DNA of 64,000 bases from Octopus sinensis (Eukaryota): contig NW_021837025.1 of NCBI RefSeq assembly GCF_006345805.1, forward strand, positions 124,001-188,000. The letters run 5' to 3'. Below are positions 39,648 to 52,575 of the stretch, piece after piece. How positions within the stretch are numbered: the first letter of the stretch is position 1; each line of letters starts with the position of its first letter. The notes beneath the pieces were generated by a model. It worked only from the letters and a program-made list of their open reading frames with translations. It did not search any database and was not told where the DNA came from. The translations under genes were made by a program, and so were the position numbers.

Positions 39648-40778
39648 ATGAACACCCCAGACGAAAACATTGAGCGAGACAAGCACTTACATGCCATGAC
39701 CAAGTCCGAACTGATCGACTACATCAAAAGACTGGAAAGAACTCAAATCAGACCCCAAATTAACTCCAAGGCCAAACGAGCACTCATTCGTCACAAAAAA
39801 CTGACAGAAATCACCCAAACTCGCCCAATCGCCCTTCTGGTGATGTACATGGGGTGGGACTACTCCGGAATGGCCCGACAGTGTCTCGACCAAGCAGACA
39901 TGAGCATCGAACGTCACCTCATCTCTGCCCTCCTCAGATTGGGACTGACCACCGAGGACTGCAGGATGGAGAGGAGTGGCCGGACTGACAAAGGGGTCTC
40001 TGCACTCTCACAAGTCGTCTCACTCACAGTCCGGTCGAAAGTGACCCCGAGTTGTGAAAAGGAGTTCAACTACCCCTCCATGCTCAACTCAGTCCTCCCC
40101 CTCGATATTCGGGTGTTGGCCTGGTCTCCAGTCAGTGATCTCTTCCATGCCCGACACTCCTGCACAGACAGAACATATGTCTACTTGTTCCCCTCCACAG
40201 ACACGGATATTCACCAAATGGACTTGGCGGCTCAGATGTTGGTGGGGACTCACGATTTTGCCAATTTTTGCTGCAGTTCTCGAGATGATGTGAAGACTAC
40301 GATTAGGACGGTGGTGGAGAGTGGGGTCACTCACTCGTCCGGACAGTCCTTCGGTCGTTTCACTATCAAAGCGACTGGTTTTTTGTACCATCAGGTGAGA
40401 ATGATTGTTCGATGTCTTCTTCTTGTTGGAAGAGGTTATGAGGCCCCTTCTTTTGTTTCCCGTCTTTTGGATGTGTCGGATGTTTCTGTTAGGCCAACTT
40501 ATGGGCCTGCCCCTGCTTTTCCGTTGGTGTTTTACAGTGCGGGTTATAAAAGTGGGGAATTGGACTGGATTTATGACAATTCTGCGCTCGAAAGGATTTA
40601 TTGCAAGTTGTGGCAAGAAGGAGTGATGCATGAGACTAAGTCGGCTGTTCTTGGCATGGCAGGGGAGGTGGTGGAGGGTTTGATGGAGTCGTCCGACGTG
40701 GATAATCTGAGGAAGGGGGGACTGTCCAGAATGTATCTCAACAGGACGGGAAATAATTATAAAAGCATGCTTAAATAA
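39648..40778 (+). CDS. PUS3: tRNA pseudouridine(38/39) synthase
   Basis: YMGWDYSG, GRTDKGVSALSQV, ARHSC.DRTY.Y, GTHDFANFC and FLYHQVR. Confidence 0.9.
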   Translation: MNTPDENIERDKHLHAMTKSELIDYIKRLERTQIRPQINSKAKRALIRHKKLTEITQTRPIALLVMYMGWDYSGMARQCLDQADMSIERHLISALLRLGLTTEDCRMERSGRTDKGVSALSQVVSLTVRSKVTPSCEKEFNYPSMLNSVLPLDIRVLAWSPVSDLFHARHSCTDRTYVYLFPSTDTDIHQMDLAAQMLVGTHDFANFCCSSRDDVKTTIRTVVESGVTHSSGQSFGRFTIKATGFLYHQVRMIVRCLLLVGRGYEAPSFVSRLLDVSDVSVRPTYGPAPAFPLVFYSAGYKSGELDWIYDNSALERIYCKLWQEGVMHETKSAVLGMAGEVVEGLMESSDVDNLRKGGLSRMYLNRTGNNYKSMLK

Positions 40779-41554
40779 GTGTTTTGATGAGGGGGTGAGT
40801 TATGTGCCATAAATTCCAATTGATGCTTGAATTGCTTAGTTTGTGATTCCAGTCTGACTTGTCTAGTTAGCGCTGATTGCTGTCCTCACTGTAGTTGTAA
40901 TTGATGACATTCTGGTTGTGCGGATTACAAGTGTTGAGACTAGCAGCTGTTGTGTTAATACTTAAGAACAACATGAGAAGGAAATATTGGTCGGTATTTT
41001 TACAGTTATCGATGGAGTTGACTAACGGGTTAATGACTCAGTTCGAAAACGTGGAAACATTGAATTTCCGTTCTGATTTCTTAAATTGAATAAATAAAAG
41101 AGTAGACAATCCCTAACTTCATAGAAGGTGTAGAAAGACATTCCAAGTACTCAACTATTCATGACAAGTCAGTCTGTTTATTAGCAGGTTGTCCCATCCA
41201 ATCAAGTTCAAGTCAATTCACATATTCAAATCATTTAATATTCCTGAGTAATACAAGTAGAGGTGCTCACCTATTGACATGTGCATTGATTCTGTCTGGA
41301 CCCCAAGAATGTTATTTGATTGGAATGTGAAGTAAAGAATTTATTTTTGTGCTGAGAAAGGGTCATTGTTAGAACAAAATTGTGGTTTATTTCTTATCTT
41401 TTAGTGATGGAATTAGTGGTCAATGTGAATAAACAATATAAAAATAATAAATAATTTTAGAACTATTTACATTATTTTTTATTATAAAAATATTAAATAA
41501 AAATATTTAAAAACCAAATAAATTTCAAATGTATAACAAACACTGTTGTAACCC

Positions 41555-42913
41555 ATGACGAGTAGTTTTATCAAAAAACGAAATTGCCTTTGGCTTCTAT
41601 TTTTCTTGTCCCTGCCAAGTATTCCTAACTCTGACCATCCCAGAAAACGCAGAACCAGGCCAGTACGTCTATTCCTCCTCCTACGAACTGTCCCCCACCT
41701 CGGACTACGAACTTGTGGTGGGCAACCACGAATCTCCAGTCAACGTCCTCGTAAACAACTGCGAAAAGGAAATACTCCTCCACGTTGATGGCGGACTGCC
41801 CTATCTTTACGGAATAGGAAGAAAGAAGAAGAGAATGAAGCTAAAACGAGTGGAAATGAGCTATTCTGGCCAATATCAAATAATTTCCCTTCTAAACTCG
41901 ACCTCGTTCTATTTGGAGGACATTTTCCTCTCAGTCTACTCCTCGAAGGGTCCCAGCATGAGCCCAGCCAAACTGGAGGCCGACAAAACATACAGTGTGG
42001 TCGTATCCCTGCAGTACTCCTTCAACGGGAGGGGCGATGTGGTCCCCGTTGTGACCTACGTGTGGACCCTCGGAGACATCGTGGTGGCCGCCAAGGACAA
42101 CGGGAAGACCACGGGGTGTCCCACAGGCGCGGAGTCGGTCCTCAGACTGGCCACTCTCCGTTATTTAAGTGGATTGAACCTCACATGTCTTGTCTCGCTG
42201 GAGTATGGATCACATCGACGGGAGTGGAGTGTTTCGAGGACAATTTATGGTAGTCAGTCATTGCTATGGTCAGCCAGGGTTGTCATTTCCTCCATCGAGC
42301 GGAGGGACATTGGGGAGTCGGTTCAACTCACGTGTCTTATTGACTACCGGCAATACCCTCGGGAAGTGGAGTATGTCTGGTTTGTGGTGGATGGGTACCG
42401 CCGAACCACCCTCCGGTCGTCGACTTCCACTGTGCTGGTTAAGTTGGCTGACAAACCTATGCGGGTGTTCTGCAATGTGTCCAACGCGTACTACACTGAC
42501 TCGATGGATATACTTCTTTTGGGTATTCAGTGGGTGTATAGTTCAGTCCCCGAAAGGAATGTCAGTCTTGCCGGGTCTCTGAATTTGAGGCTGCCCTTGG
42601 GAGGTATGTTAAGGTGTGTTATGTGCAGATAATAAATATGTGTGGCTGTTCGTGGTGGCGGGATTTGGTGTTTTGGGGTTTCTGATTGTGCAGATTGTGT
42701 ACTGTGTGAGCAGACATAAACTAAAGACAGGTTGAGTGTTGTGTGATGATAGTAGCTGTCCATACTATGACCAATCACCAGTTTGAGATGAATTGGTAAC
42801 AATATTTGTTCTATTCGTAGGGGCAGGTGTAGTGCTTGGAGAATGCAGAAACAGGGGGTTTGTCTGGTTTAATAGTTTAGACGCTTCCGGCTTGTACTGC
42901 AGGGGCTAACTAG
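41555..42913 (+). CDS. Type I membrane Ig-superfamily protein
   Basis: Signal-like N-terminus, Ig strands LTCLV, VQLTC..YVWF..FCNVSN, and spliced TM VWLFVVAGFGVLGFLIVQIVYCV. Confidence 0.7.
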
Positions 42914-43299
42914 AGAATTATTCTTTTACTTATATTTATGTCATTCTCTACTCATCCATCCAATGCTATCTCGTATTAATGAGCTAGGGCAAATATTTTA
43001 AAAGGATTTTGACCATCATTTCATAACTAAAATATACTTGCGTATAAGTTATTTCGGATATACAGTCCCTGCCAAATGTTAGAGGCACCCTATTTTTAAC
43101 TAAAAATCTATATTTGTTACAAAATTTCGGAAAGTCTAAAAGAATAAAATGATTTTTGCTTAGAATCTATCAGTTTGTAACAATTATAAGGAAGTCATGG
43201 AATATTTTTGACAATTTAGAAAATGGGAAAAAACAATCCGCCCATAAGTTAGAGGCACCATTTTAAAAAGCGCAAAAAATCAAATTTAATTTTATTTAA

Positions 43300-45288
43300 T
43301 GTCACCGGTTTTAGAGCGGACCCGGTTTTTGGAAGGACCACACAAAAAATTGTATAAATCGTTTTATTTTATCCTGAAAATAGTTATACAATAAATTAGA
43401 CCATGTTTAAATAATTTCTTAAGCTGTTTCTGATTTTATTATTGCTCACAAAACCAACATACCCTTCAAAAATGCTTTTTAAATTTTAAATAAGTAATTT
43501 TATTTGATTTTTGTGTAAAATATTAAAAAAACATTATATTTTTATTTAATGATTTTAAACCTAAATATTTTAAAAATCAAATCTTAAAATAACTGTCAAT
43601 AAAAAACTATTCTAATCCACAAGGTTTGATATAAAAATTCAACTAGTCCCCTATGCGGCCTACGGCCGCGGTATCTCTTCACTTAGAGAATTTTAAAATT
43701 TAGTTAAACTTTTTTATTCTAGAAATATTAATATTCTTATGGACATTTCCATTTTCATCTTCTAAAGAATAGTTGTAATTATTTTCTTGATTGGCCTAAT
43801 AGGAGGTTTTGTTGCCAATAATCTCTTTGACTAATCGCCTTATTTTAATTATTATACCTGACAAAAAACACAGTTTTTAATAACATTTTCAATCTCATTT
43901 CGAGTAACACCGTAAATTTTTTCTGACTAATCATTCTATCTCTGCCAAAATGATTAGAATTATATGCCTTCTAAACATAAAGAGATTTATAGATAACCTC
44001 AATCATTGTTAGCTTTAGTTCTTTCTTTTCTATACAAAAAAAATCTGAGTAACCAATTGTTTTTTCGAATAAATGCCTTTCCGTCAGAGAATTCAAATTT
44101 TTTTTGCGTGAATTCTAAATCTATGCTTTTCTCTTTTTTCAATCACTTCATCTAGATTCCTCAGCTCTTTGATTTTTTTAATTTTTTGAAGATTTGCTTT
44201 TGGAAGTACAACGAAACCCATTTTTTATGTTTATTTATTTATTAAATCACCAAGACCACGCTAAAAACCGAACAAATGTCACGTGATCCCGATGCACTCA
44301 ACCAGGGACCTCATCCTCGCTCGGTGGTCTTCCCACGAGCCCACACAAGATCGCACAGGACGGCAGGCCGTTTTTGGCGGAGCAGTCGCTGACGGGCCCA
44401 GGTTCAGCTTGATGAGGTCTTCAAGAGAGGCTGGACCGGGGCGTTGGCTATCAAGTGACCAACGATCGGTTAATCTGAGGGCCCTTTGTTGGGCCTCCTC
44501 GATTCGCCTCCTGTTGGACCACGATAGCCGCGGACCCCATGATCCGCAAGCGTACGCAATACAGGGTTCGAAGTACTGGCGGTAGATATTCGCCAGTACC
44601 GGGTGCGACCCGTTTTTCCATATTCCGGATAGAGTTCGCAGAATGTCCAGTTTATGTTCGCATTTGCGAAGGAGGTTGTCCACATGAGGGGAGAAACAGA
44701 GGTGCATGTCGAGGGTTACCCCCAGGACCGTCTGACTCCTGCAGAAGGGAACGGATATATTGTTCAGCTTTAAGTCGACAGACGTCCTTCCCAATCTTTT
44801 ATCCGAGGTGAAGAGGGACGTGGCGGACTTCGCCGCGTTTACCACGAGCCGGTTGTCCGTCAGCCATAGGTTCAGCCGATCCAAGTTAGCTTGCAGCCTT
44901 TCAGAGGCCTTCTGGATGTCCCGGTCCCGTAAGGCTAGCACGATGTCGTCCGCGTAAGAGAGAACAATGTCATTGTTGTCGAGGGAGTGAGGGAGGTCTT
45001 CCAAAAATAGGTTGAAGAGAGCCGGGGATAAGGGGGATCCCTGAGGTACTCCGTTGGGTAGAAGACGAGATTTGGACTTCAGACCACCGAGGCACACCCT
45101 TCCCCTTCGTCCACTTAGGAAGTTGGTAGTCCATATGTTGAATTTAATTAATTAATTATTACAATAATATAATAAAAAATAAAACCAATTTTTATTTTCT
45201 AATGAAAATAAATTATTTTATCCATTTTTTATTTTAATATACGTACCTGGTCCTTCCAAAAACCGGGTCCGCTCAGAAACCGGTCACA
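43300..45288 (-). mobile_element. Ginger-like (integrase-type) DNA transposon
   Basis: TGT...ACA termini, about 40-bp TIRs, 5-bp TSD TTTAA (43295-43299 and 45289-45293), and an integrase Zn-finger remnant HFGRDRM..YGVTRNEI..KNC..CQ..PPIRPI. Confidence 0.8.
44225..45135 (-). mobile_element. 5'-truncated I/Jockey-like LINE (RT) inside the Ginger-like element
   Basis: GVPQGSPLSPALFN, YADD and LGVTLD; AT-rich tail; GC-rich compared with flanks. Confidence 0.92.
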
Positions 45289-45687
45289 TTTAATAAGTCA
45301 ATATTTTGTAGTTCCGACTTTATTCCTTACTACTGAAAAAATTCATTCCGAAATGGATTCAAAAAGTCCTACAACGCATTGATGCTTCTCATTCTATTTT
45401 GTAAAATCGACCATAAATTTTCAACCTTCACTTAAAATTGCTTGATAGTCAGGTAAGATGACATTCGAGCGACATAAAATGATTGCTTTTTCTTCATTAC
45501 TTTTTATCGCTCCTCAAACCGTAATAGAAAGGGGATATTTTACAATTTCTGTGACATATTTTAGATTTAATTTTTTCCGGGGGGTCTTCTGAGATACTGT
45601 CTGGAGGGTTGGTCTTTTTGAATGCAGCATTCGTCAGAAAAAATTACATGGTTCGAGTCTATTTGATTCCAAGTAATTTTGTTGATT

Positions 45688-45835
45688 TATTTATTTTATT
45701 TATTAAACACCAAGACCACAGTTAAGACCAAACTAATTAGCGTGTGATCCCGACGCACTTCGACGGAGATCCTCCGGAAAGGTATAATCCTATGCAAAGT
45801 GCATCGTCCTGCGACGACGATGTCCCAGGGAGTAG
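45688..45835 (-). mobile_element. Short LINE 3' end, same family
   Basis: Shares CACCAAGACCAC..GTGATCCCGA.GCACT and the (TTTA)n tail. Confidence 0.75.
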
Positions 45836-46199
45836 GAGAGCTATTGATGCACCAAGTATAACAATTATCAATATCAATTCTTTTTATGGTCGTTACAATG
45901 ACTCTTTAGGTGAAGTTACACTAATTTCGTATCTAATTCGCTGTCATTTTGGGGTACAATATTGGATACTCTAAAGAAAAAGCGTTCATCAATATTGGGT
46001 AATTTTGTATTTTGACCTTTTTTCGACATGTCAAAGTATTGATTGTAAAGTCTCTGCTTCATCTTTTGGATGGCATATCGAGAGATTCTAAGATATCTGG
46101 ACCCAAAAAATCCCCAATTTCAATTTTTGGATAACAACAATCTGCCTTTGAATTAATACACGAGTCATTTTATTGTTTTTATTTTTTAAATTAAAAATA

Positions 46200-46975
46200 C
46201 AGTGGGCATAAAAACCGGTTTTCTAATTTCTCAAAATTTTAGCTTTTAGGTCATTCATGTTTTGCCGGGGATTTTTATTCAATTTGTTTTTCATAAATAT
46301 CCATAGATTTTCGATGGGGTTTAAATCAGTCGACAGTAGTATCCAATTCAATAATTTAACGTTTTTCTCATTCAAGAAATTTTTTGTGACCTTCGATTTG
46401 TGAGGAGGAGCCAAATATAGTCTTTTAAAGATATTTTTGCAGCAGACTCCCATAGATTATTCGATAGTATGTTTACATAAGATGCGAAGTTCATCTTACC
46501 ATTCAGAAATACTAAATTTCCTTTTCCGTTATAGCTGAAACAACCCCACACCATAAGTTTCCCTCCTCCAAATTTTACAGTTGGAAATAAATGCGATTTT
46601 TTCAGCCGTGTGTTATTTTTTCTATAACACAATTCTCTTTTTTTGTATTAAAATTTCAAAACAGCATTCGTTGCTAAAAATACTGAGATAAACTTTTTGG
46701 ATAGAACAAAACGTTTTTTAATATTTTATTGAGGCAAATATGGCTTTTTTAGCAATAAATTTCTTAATAATTGCCGATTGTTCTTTTTGAAACAAATTTT
46801 CCTGTCAAAGAATAAAAGTTCCTTTGACAGGTCAGAAGCAGATTTTTTCGGATTTTCCAAAAACTGAGTTAATAATGTATTCAAATCTTCATTATTTAAT
46901 ATTTTAGGTCTCCCAGATCTTGAAAGCTTTTGTGTTGTTCAATAATTTTTGTATTTGCGTATTAATTTTTGAGTT
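46200..46975 (-). mobile_element. Tc1 transposase remnant
   Basis: PTVKFGGGKLMVWGCFS and STDLNPIENLW. Confidence 0.85.
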
Positions 46976-47119
46976 CTGTTGAAATTTTTTTGTAGGTCCA
47001 ATTGAGCAAATATAATTGTATTGTTTGTCCTTTCATAGTGTCTGAAATAACCGGCATTGAACAATAACAGGAACGACAATAATTTTAAATTTTTACAAAT
47101 AAAAATAACAGGAACGACA

Positions 47120-48160
47120 TGCATTAATGTTGATGCTTAAAGCATAGTGTGAATGCATCAATCATTAGTGTCGAAGGTCTAAAAATTGAGGATCTATTTA
47201 TTAATTGTTACTTTCTGCTTGGCACAGGAAACATATTTGAGCATTTTTTGTTAAAAAGAGTCACGGTGTTCAATCTTTATTTCATTCATCTCTTCAGTAA
47301 TGACATTTTTCAATTCTATTTTGCTGTTGACATTATCAGAAATTACACACTCTTCCATAAAGAGAATATATTCTCTATGGGATTCATGAAACGAGAGTAT
47401 GGTGGTAAATATTCAATATTAAGTCATTGCTCGTGTAAATCATTCAATTTGGAAGAATAATTTTCAACACGAGGTTTGCTCTCAAGATCTCCGGATTTCT
47501 CTATTGACAAAGTATTCTGGCTTATGGAAGATTGAGTCATATTTAGATAGTTATTATTCATTTATTATCAAAAGCACTCCCGAGAAGTCATAAAACTAAT
47601 TAAGCTTCCCTTGTGCCGCGTGAACAACAATACTGTCCCACAACCTTCTCCAGGTGCATCTCCTCTTTGCCAATTCTCTCAGGTTGTCGAGATCATCAGC
47701 AGTTTCGAGTTTCCTCCCAATAGTTTTGAGATCTTGATTTAGCACCGATGGAAGTGTTGTCCTTGGTCTTCCTCGGAATGCGTCTCCGCATTGCATGAAA
47801 TATGTTTCCATAGCAATGTTAGCAGGAGTGGCGACGTCCATCCACAGAATGTGGCCAAATAGTCACTTATTTTTTGTCAGATTTTCCATTAATTGAATGT
47901 TCATCAATCAGTTTTTTGGTTAAAAAAGATATAGTATTTCTTTTTGTTTGTTTATACACAAAATGTATAAACAGAATTCTTTTGTTTGTTCTTTTTGTTT
48001 ATAGCTCTTACTGTAACACAGAATTCGAAAAACGTTAATTCTTGCTTATATGCGAGAATTAAGACTAATGTTTGGTGCATTAACACTAATGCTTGAACCG
48101 TCAACAATAATACATGATGTGTCAACACTAATGTTTGCGCTTTCGATGTTAAAGCTTGAA
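47120..48160 (-). mobile_element. IS630/Tc1-like remnant with imperfect inverted repeats
   Basis: IEYLPPYSRFMNPIENIFSLWK; 47120-47180 is an imperfect reverse complement of 48061-48115. Confidence 0.6.
47550..47865 (-). mobile_element. RTE-like LINE 3' fragment
   Basis: LFGHIL..RGRPRTTL..DL..LAKRRCTWR. Confidence 0.75.
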
Positions 48161-48606
48161 AAACCCTATATAATTTATCACTTATAAAAGGATGCCTCTA
48201 ACATATAGGCGGGTTGTGTTTTCCCGTTATCTAATAAATTAGAATTATTAGAAAAGTCTTTTCATAATTATTGTAAGTTAAACAAGTTTAACCCTAAAAT
48301 TATTTAATTCTTTTAGAGTTCACGAAATTTTGCAAAAATATGCATTTTTAAGAACAAATAGGGTGCCTATAACATTTGGCCGGGAGTGTATATCTACCCA
48401 TAAGTTTACGTTTTGGGTAGAATAATGGGAACAAAGATGCTACTTTCTGAAAATAAATGTCAAAAACTACAGGAAGCAGTTTGCTAGAATCCTTCAAATT
48501 TATCCTTTTCTATTTCATCGGAATCTTCTTGCCATTTTCAAAAAAGATTTTTGTATCATATTTGGAAAAATCGTATCACGTGTTGTGCTAGCCCAAAACA
48601 CAACTA

Positions 48607-51600
48607 CAGTAAAACCAATTAGATTTCCAATAATCTAGTGAAATACTCCAATTTGTGTCTATTGAAATGAACGTTGAACAGTTTTAATAATGTACAAATC
48701 CACTGGATGAATTATTCATGTAGTATTTTTCAGAAAAAATTAAGAAGCATGGCGGATTCTTTTTTTGACACACATTTTTAATTTTCTAATCCATAAAGAC
48801 TTCAATTAAAAGTTTTTGAAATTCTATGAGAAACCCGACACTTGTTTTAGTGCATAGTTCTCCATGTGATTTTCTCATTTGCAAAAAAATTCATTTTAAA
48901 TTTTCAAGAAAAAGATGCTAAACAAAAAATTCTGCCCTACTATATATTAATGCATCGTTAAATAATGCACGTAAAAATTTAAAAACACTTATTTTCAATG
49001 ACAGGATTTTCATAATTTATACTTTCAATGTTTTGAATCCATCTTGCGTTTATGAAGCATTTGAATACTAAAGAACTATCAATCTTGTTCCATGCATAAT
49101 GTGTCAATAATATTGCATCTTTCAAGTTTAATTTTTTGTATGCAATATAATAATTTATTCCAGTTTCAATTTTCTGAATAATATTGGAAAATTTATGAGA
49201 ATTGAAATTGCATTTGTACGATTTAATTACACTCCGTGGTAAAAATATTATTTCTCAATCAAAACCAAATGTCAATGTTATAAAATTCAGCTTGTGTCCA
49301 GGGCATTTATTTACAACAAGCAAAATTTTTCCATTATGCTTCCACAATTCTATTTACCATTTCAGAAGAAAGTGATTGAAAATTCGGCTACTCATCCATG
49401 CTTTTTAAAAATATGTGACATATTTTTTAATATCAAAACTTTTGAAAGATCTAGGATTTTTAAACATCCCGATTAATAAAAGTGCTCGTTTATCTGTAAC
49501 ATCCGCATTTGTACATAGAATGACTGAAACTTTGTCCTTTAATACTTTATAACCTGATTTAAAATTTTTACACTTTTAAACGGTATCATTTTGCAAACAT
49601 GGCCAGTTTCGTCGGCATTATAAACATTTTGAACACCGCAAAGATCGGTTTTATTTTTGATTAATTCAATAAAATTTGATACCACATTGGGGTCAAAATT
49701 TAAATTTCCAGATTCTCCATGCATATTTCGTAACTTAAACCATTCCTCTTTTTAAATTTAACAAGCTATCCCCTGCTTCCTTTAAAATCATCGAATCATC
49801 GTTTCGAAACAAATGGTTCGACTTTCTCATTAATAGTTTCATCGTTCAAAATGGCTTCTTTAGCATTCATTAAATTAATCAAAGAAATCGTATCATTATT
49901 GATTTCACCAAACTTTAAATATTCTTTACGAAAATGTCAGATCTTAGATTATTCAAGACATTTCCTCTCTTATTTTTCAGATCATCAATAGATCTACGAG
50001 AAATAGATACATTATATTTTTCGGAAAAAATTTCTGAAATTTGTATGAAAGTTAATTCAATATTCGATTCGATGTACTTTAAAATGGTGATTTTTGTTTG
50101 ATTTTTAATCGCGCACAGTTAAATTTCATTAAAACAACGATTAACAATGAAAACGTGTTAATAAATTAATTATTTACATGTAAAATTAACTAAAAAATTA
50201 TTTAAAATTGAAAAACATGGCGGATTCGTTAACAAAAATCTTGCGGATTTGAGAATAATTCTTAAAGAAAGTGCCGGATTGGAGAACTTTACTAGGACAA
50301 CCAGAAATATGACCTTAAAAAGTTAATATGACCGTAAAAAATATGACTTTATGACTTTAAATTCTAAAATATAACTTGAAATATTAAAATATGACCTAAA
50401 AAATCAAAATATGACCTATCGAATTTTGATTTTTAGATTCTGAATTTGAAATATGAAAAAATTAAATATTTCAATCGATGAATTTATTATAATATTGCAT
50501 CATATAATATTTAATATTTTCTGGCTTGAAGTTTCTATCCTTTTCGAGCAATTATTCAGCATAGAAAAGCTTCTTTCTGCAGATATTGATGTTGAAGGAC
50601 ATTTCATAAGTAAATAAATGTTTCTGGAGAAATACTAGAATTCTAGCATTTTTAATATTCGTCCATGGTAACATACTTATCCGCTTTAAAAAATACTTGT
50701 TGATGTCACAATTATCCTCACCAAAATTAACGGAATCAATGAATTTAATTGCATCTTTAATTGTATAAAATTTTTCTTGGCATTTTCTGATTTCATCAAT
50801 AATAGGGTTGTATGAAGCCATTAACTCTGCCAGATTTTCCTCCAAATTTTCAGAGCTAACAGCATTTTTCGCATTCATCACAATCTTTTCACAATTTGGA
50901 TAAAATAAGACAATTTCGTGAACTCTTGAAAGATGTCGACTATAATATTTTGCTGCGTCCAACCAGCTGCCCCATCTTGTTAGAACAACATCAGGTGGAA
51001 GTCCAATAACTGTAAAAAGACTCCTCGGGGAGGGATTTTTTACAATCGACATTTTGATAGACGAGATTAAGTCGTCAATATTTATAATGTGCTCTAATCT
51101 TTAATGCACAATTGTGCAGAAGAAGATGAGCAAAACAAGTTATATGAATAATTTAATATAATAACCTTCAATGTACTCGCTGCTAAAGTCATATAACGGG
51201 CAGCAGCATCAGAAATAAATAATAAAAATTTTCCCTTTTTAAATCATAAATTCGAATTGTGTCATCCACAATTCTACAAATTGCAGATGCATCACAAATT
51301 TCAATTTCCAAACAATTTAATAAATAAATTTTTTCAGGACTTTCAATAGTCCCACAAAGAACGTTAACAAATTTCTGTTTATTGATTTCCGTTTCATCAA
51401 CAAGTATGAATATATCTTTTCCAGAAATAATTGTTTTAAGCATTTCAATCAATTGATATTGCAAATCTGGAACTATATTTCTGCACCAACTTCGCTGGGA
51501 ACAGTAAATCGGAGATTATTAAAAAAATTAATAAAGTGTTCATTTCTTATTTTGTAAAGAGGTATATTCGCCTTCGTCATCATTTCACTAAGAAAATCCG

Positions 51601-52165
51601 AAATTTTTCTTTGCTTCAAGTTACGGAAGAGTGTTGAGTTGCGTTTGAATTTTGTCTGTTCCTTTTTATGCCGGGTAGTTTCCCTGTGCTGCACCACATT
51701 AAACGTTTTCGTAAAATTAACAAAAACTGAGCATTTCAAACAAAATAAACGTCCAGCTGAATCAATCTGAAATTCAGACGGGTATCGTTTAATTATTTTA
51801 TTTAACTTTTGATTGTTAGATTGCTTTTGTTTCGGCATGTAAAAATCTATAATATCTAAGCGGCCAACTACCAAACGTGTGAAAACGTGTTATTGTCAAA
51901 ATTTAAACAAAGATTAATAAAAATATATGATTTAATAAATATAAATATGACCTAACAAAAAAAATATGACCTAAAAAATAATATGACTAACGGCATAAAA
52001 TATGACCTATAAGACCTAAAAAAATTAATAAAACTACTAAAAAATATAATAATAGTTTATTATTATAGAAATAACATCAATATGACCAATAAAAAATAAT
52101 TGACTTATATGACTTTTGGTTTGCCTACTATTACTCATAATTGGCTGATTCGATAGACTTTACTG
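48607..52165 (-). mobile_element. pogo/Tigger element, decayed, containing a hAT insertion
   Basis: TA+CAGTAAA ends; MHGESG and VYNADETG. Confidence 0.75.
50293..52127 (-). mobile_element. hAT-like (DUF659/CGGBP1-type Zn finger) transposon
   Basis: TAGG..CCTA ends, AATATGACC subterminal arrays, FCLKC..H..H finger, ILVDET and LTRWGSWLDAA; frameshifted; TSD not clean. Confidence 0.8.
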
Positions 52166-52575
52166 TATCTGACATGATAATAAAATTGATTATACTTTAT
52201 CCATCCATCCTTATTGGCGATAATACACGATCTTAAAATTTTACTTTTATGAATTTAATTAGTGCATTTTCAATATTTATGGTTGTACGTACGACTTAGC
52301 GGTAGTATCGCTTATTTACAGAATCAAATAAATGGTGTCATCCCAAATAGGCTTATGTCCTGTCTTTCTGATGCGCATATAACCCGGTCGCATAATTTGC
52401 TAATTTTTTTTAGTTTTAAAGTCGGTTTATACGCAAGTAATACGTTATAAGTGGAAATATGGTTGCTGCACAACACTTCATATGTATAAATACAAGTACC
52501 ACTAATACTTTTAAATTGTCCTGATTTAATTTCTAATAAAACACCTGATTTATTAATATTATAAAATAGTGGGAA

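Larger units (their letters stand above)
43063..48388 (-). mobile_element. Tc1-family IR/DR element hosting nested insertions
   Basis: TA-flanked TIRs CAGTCCCTGCCAAATGTTAGAGGCACCC / GGGTGCCTATAACATTTGGCCGGGAGTG, inner DRs, and a VIFSDEC remnant near 45630. Confidence 0.8.

Noticed and set aside
50300-52110. AATATGACC arrays as CRISPR-like repeats
   Set aside because: Short, irregular subterminal repeats of a hAT-like element; no cas genes; eukaryotic context.
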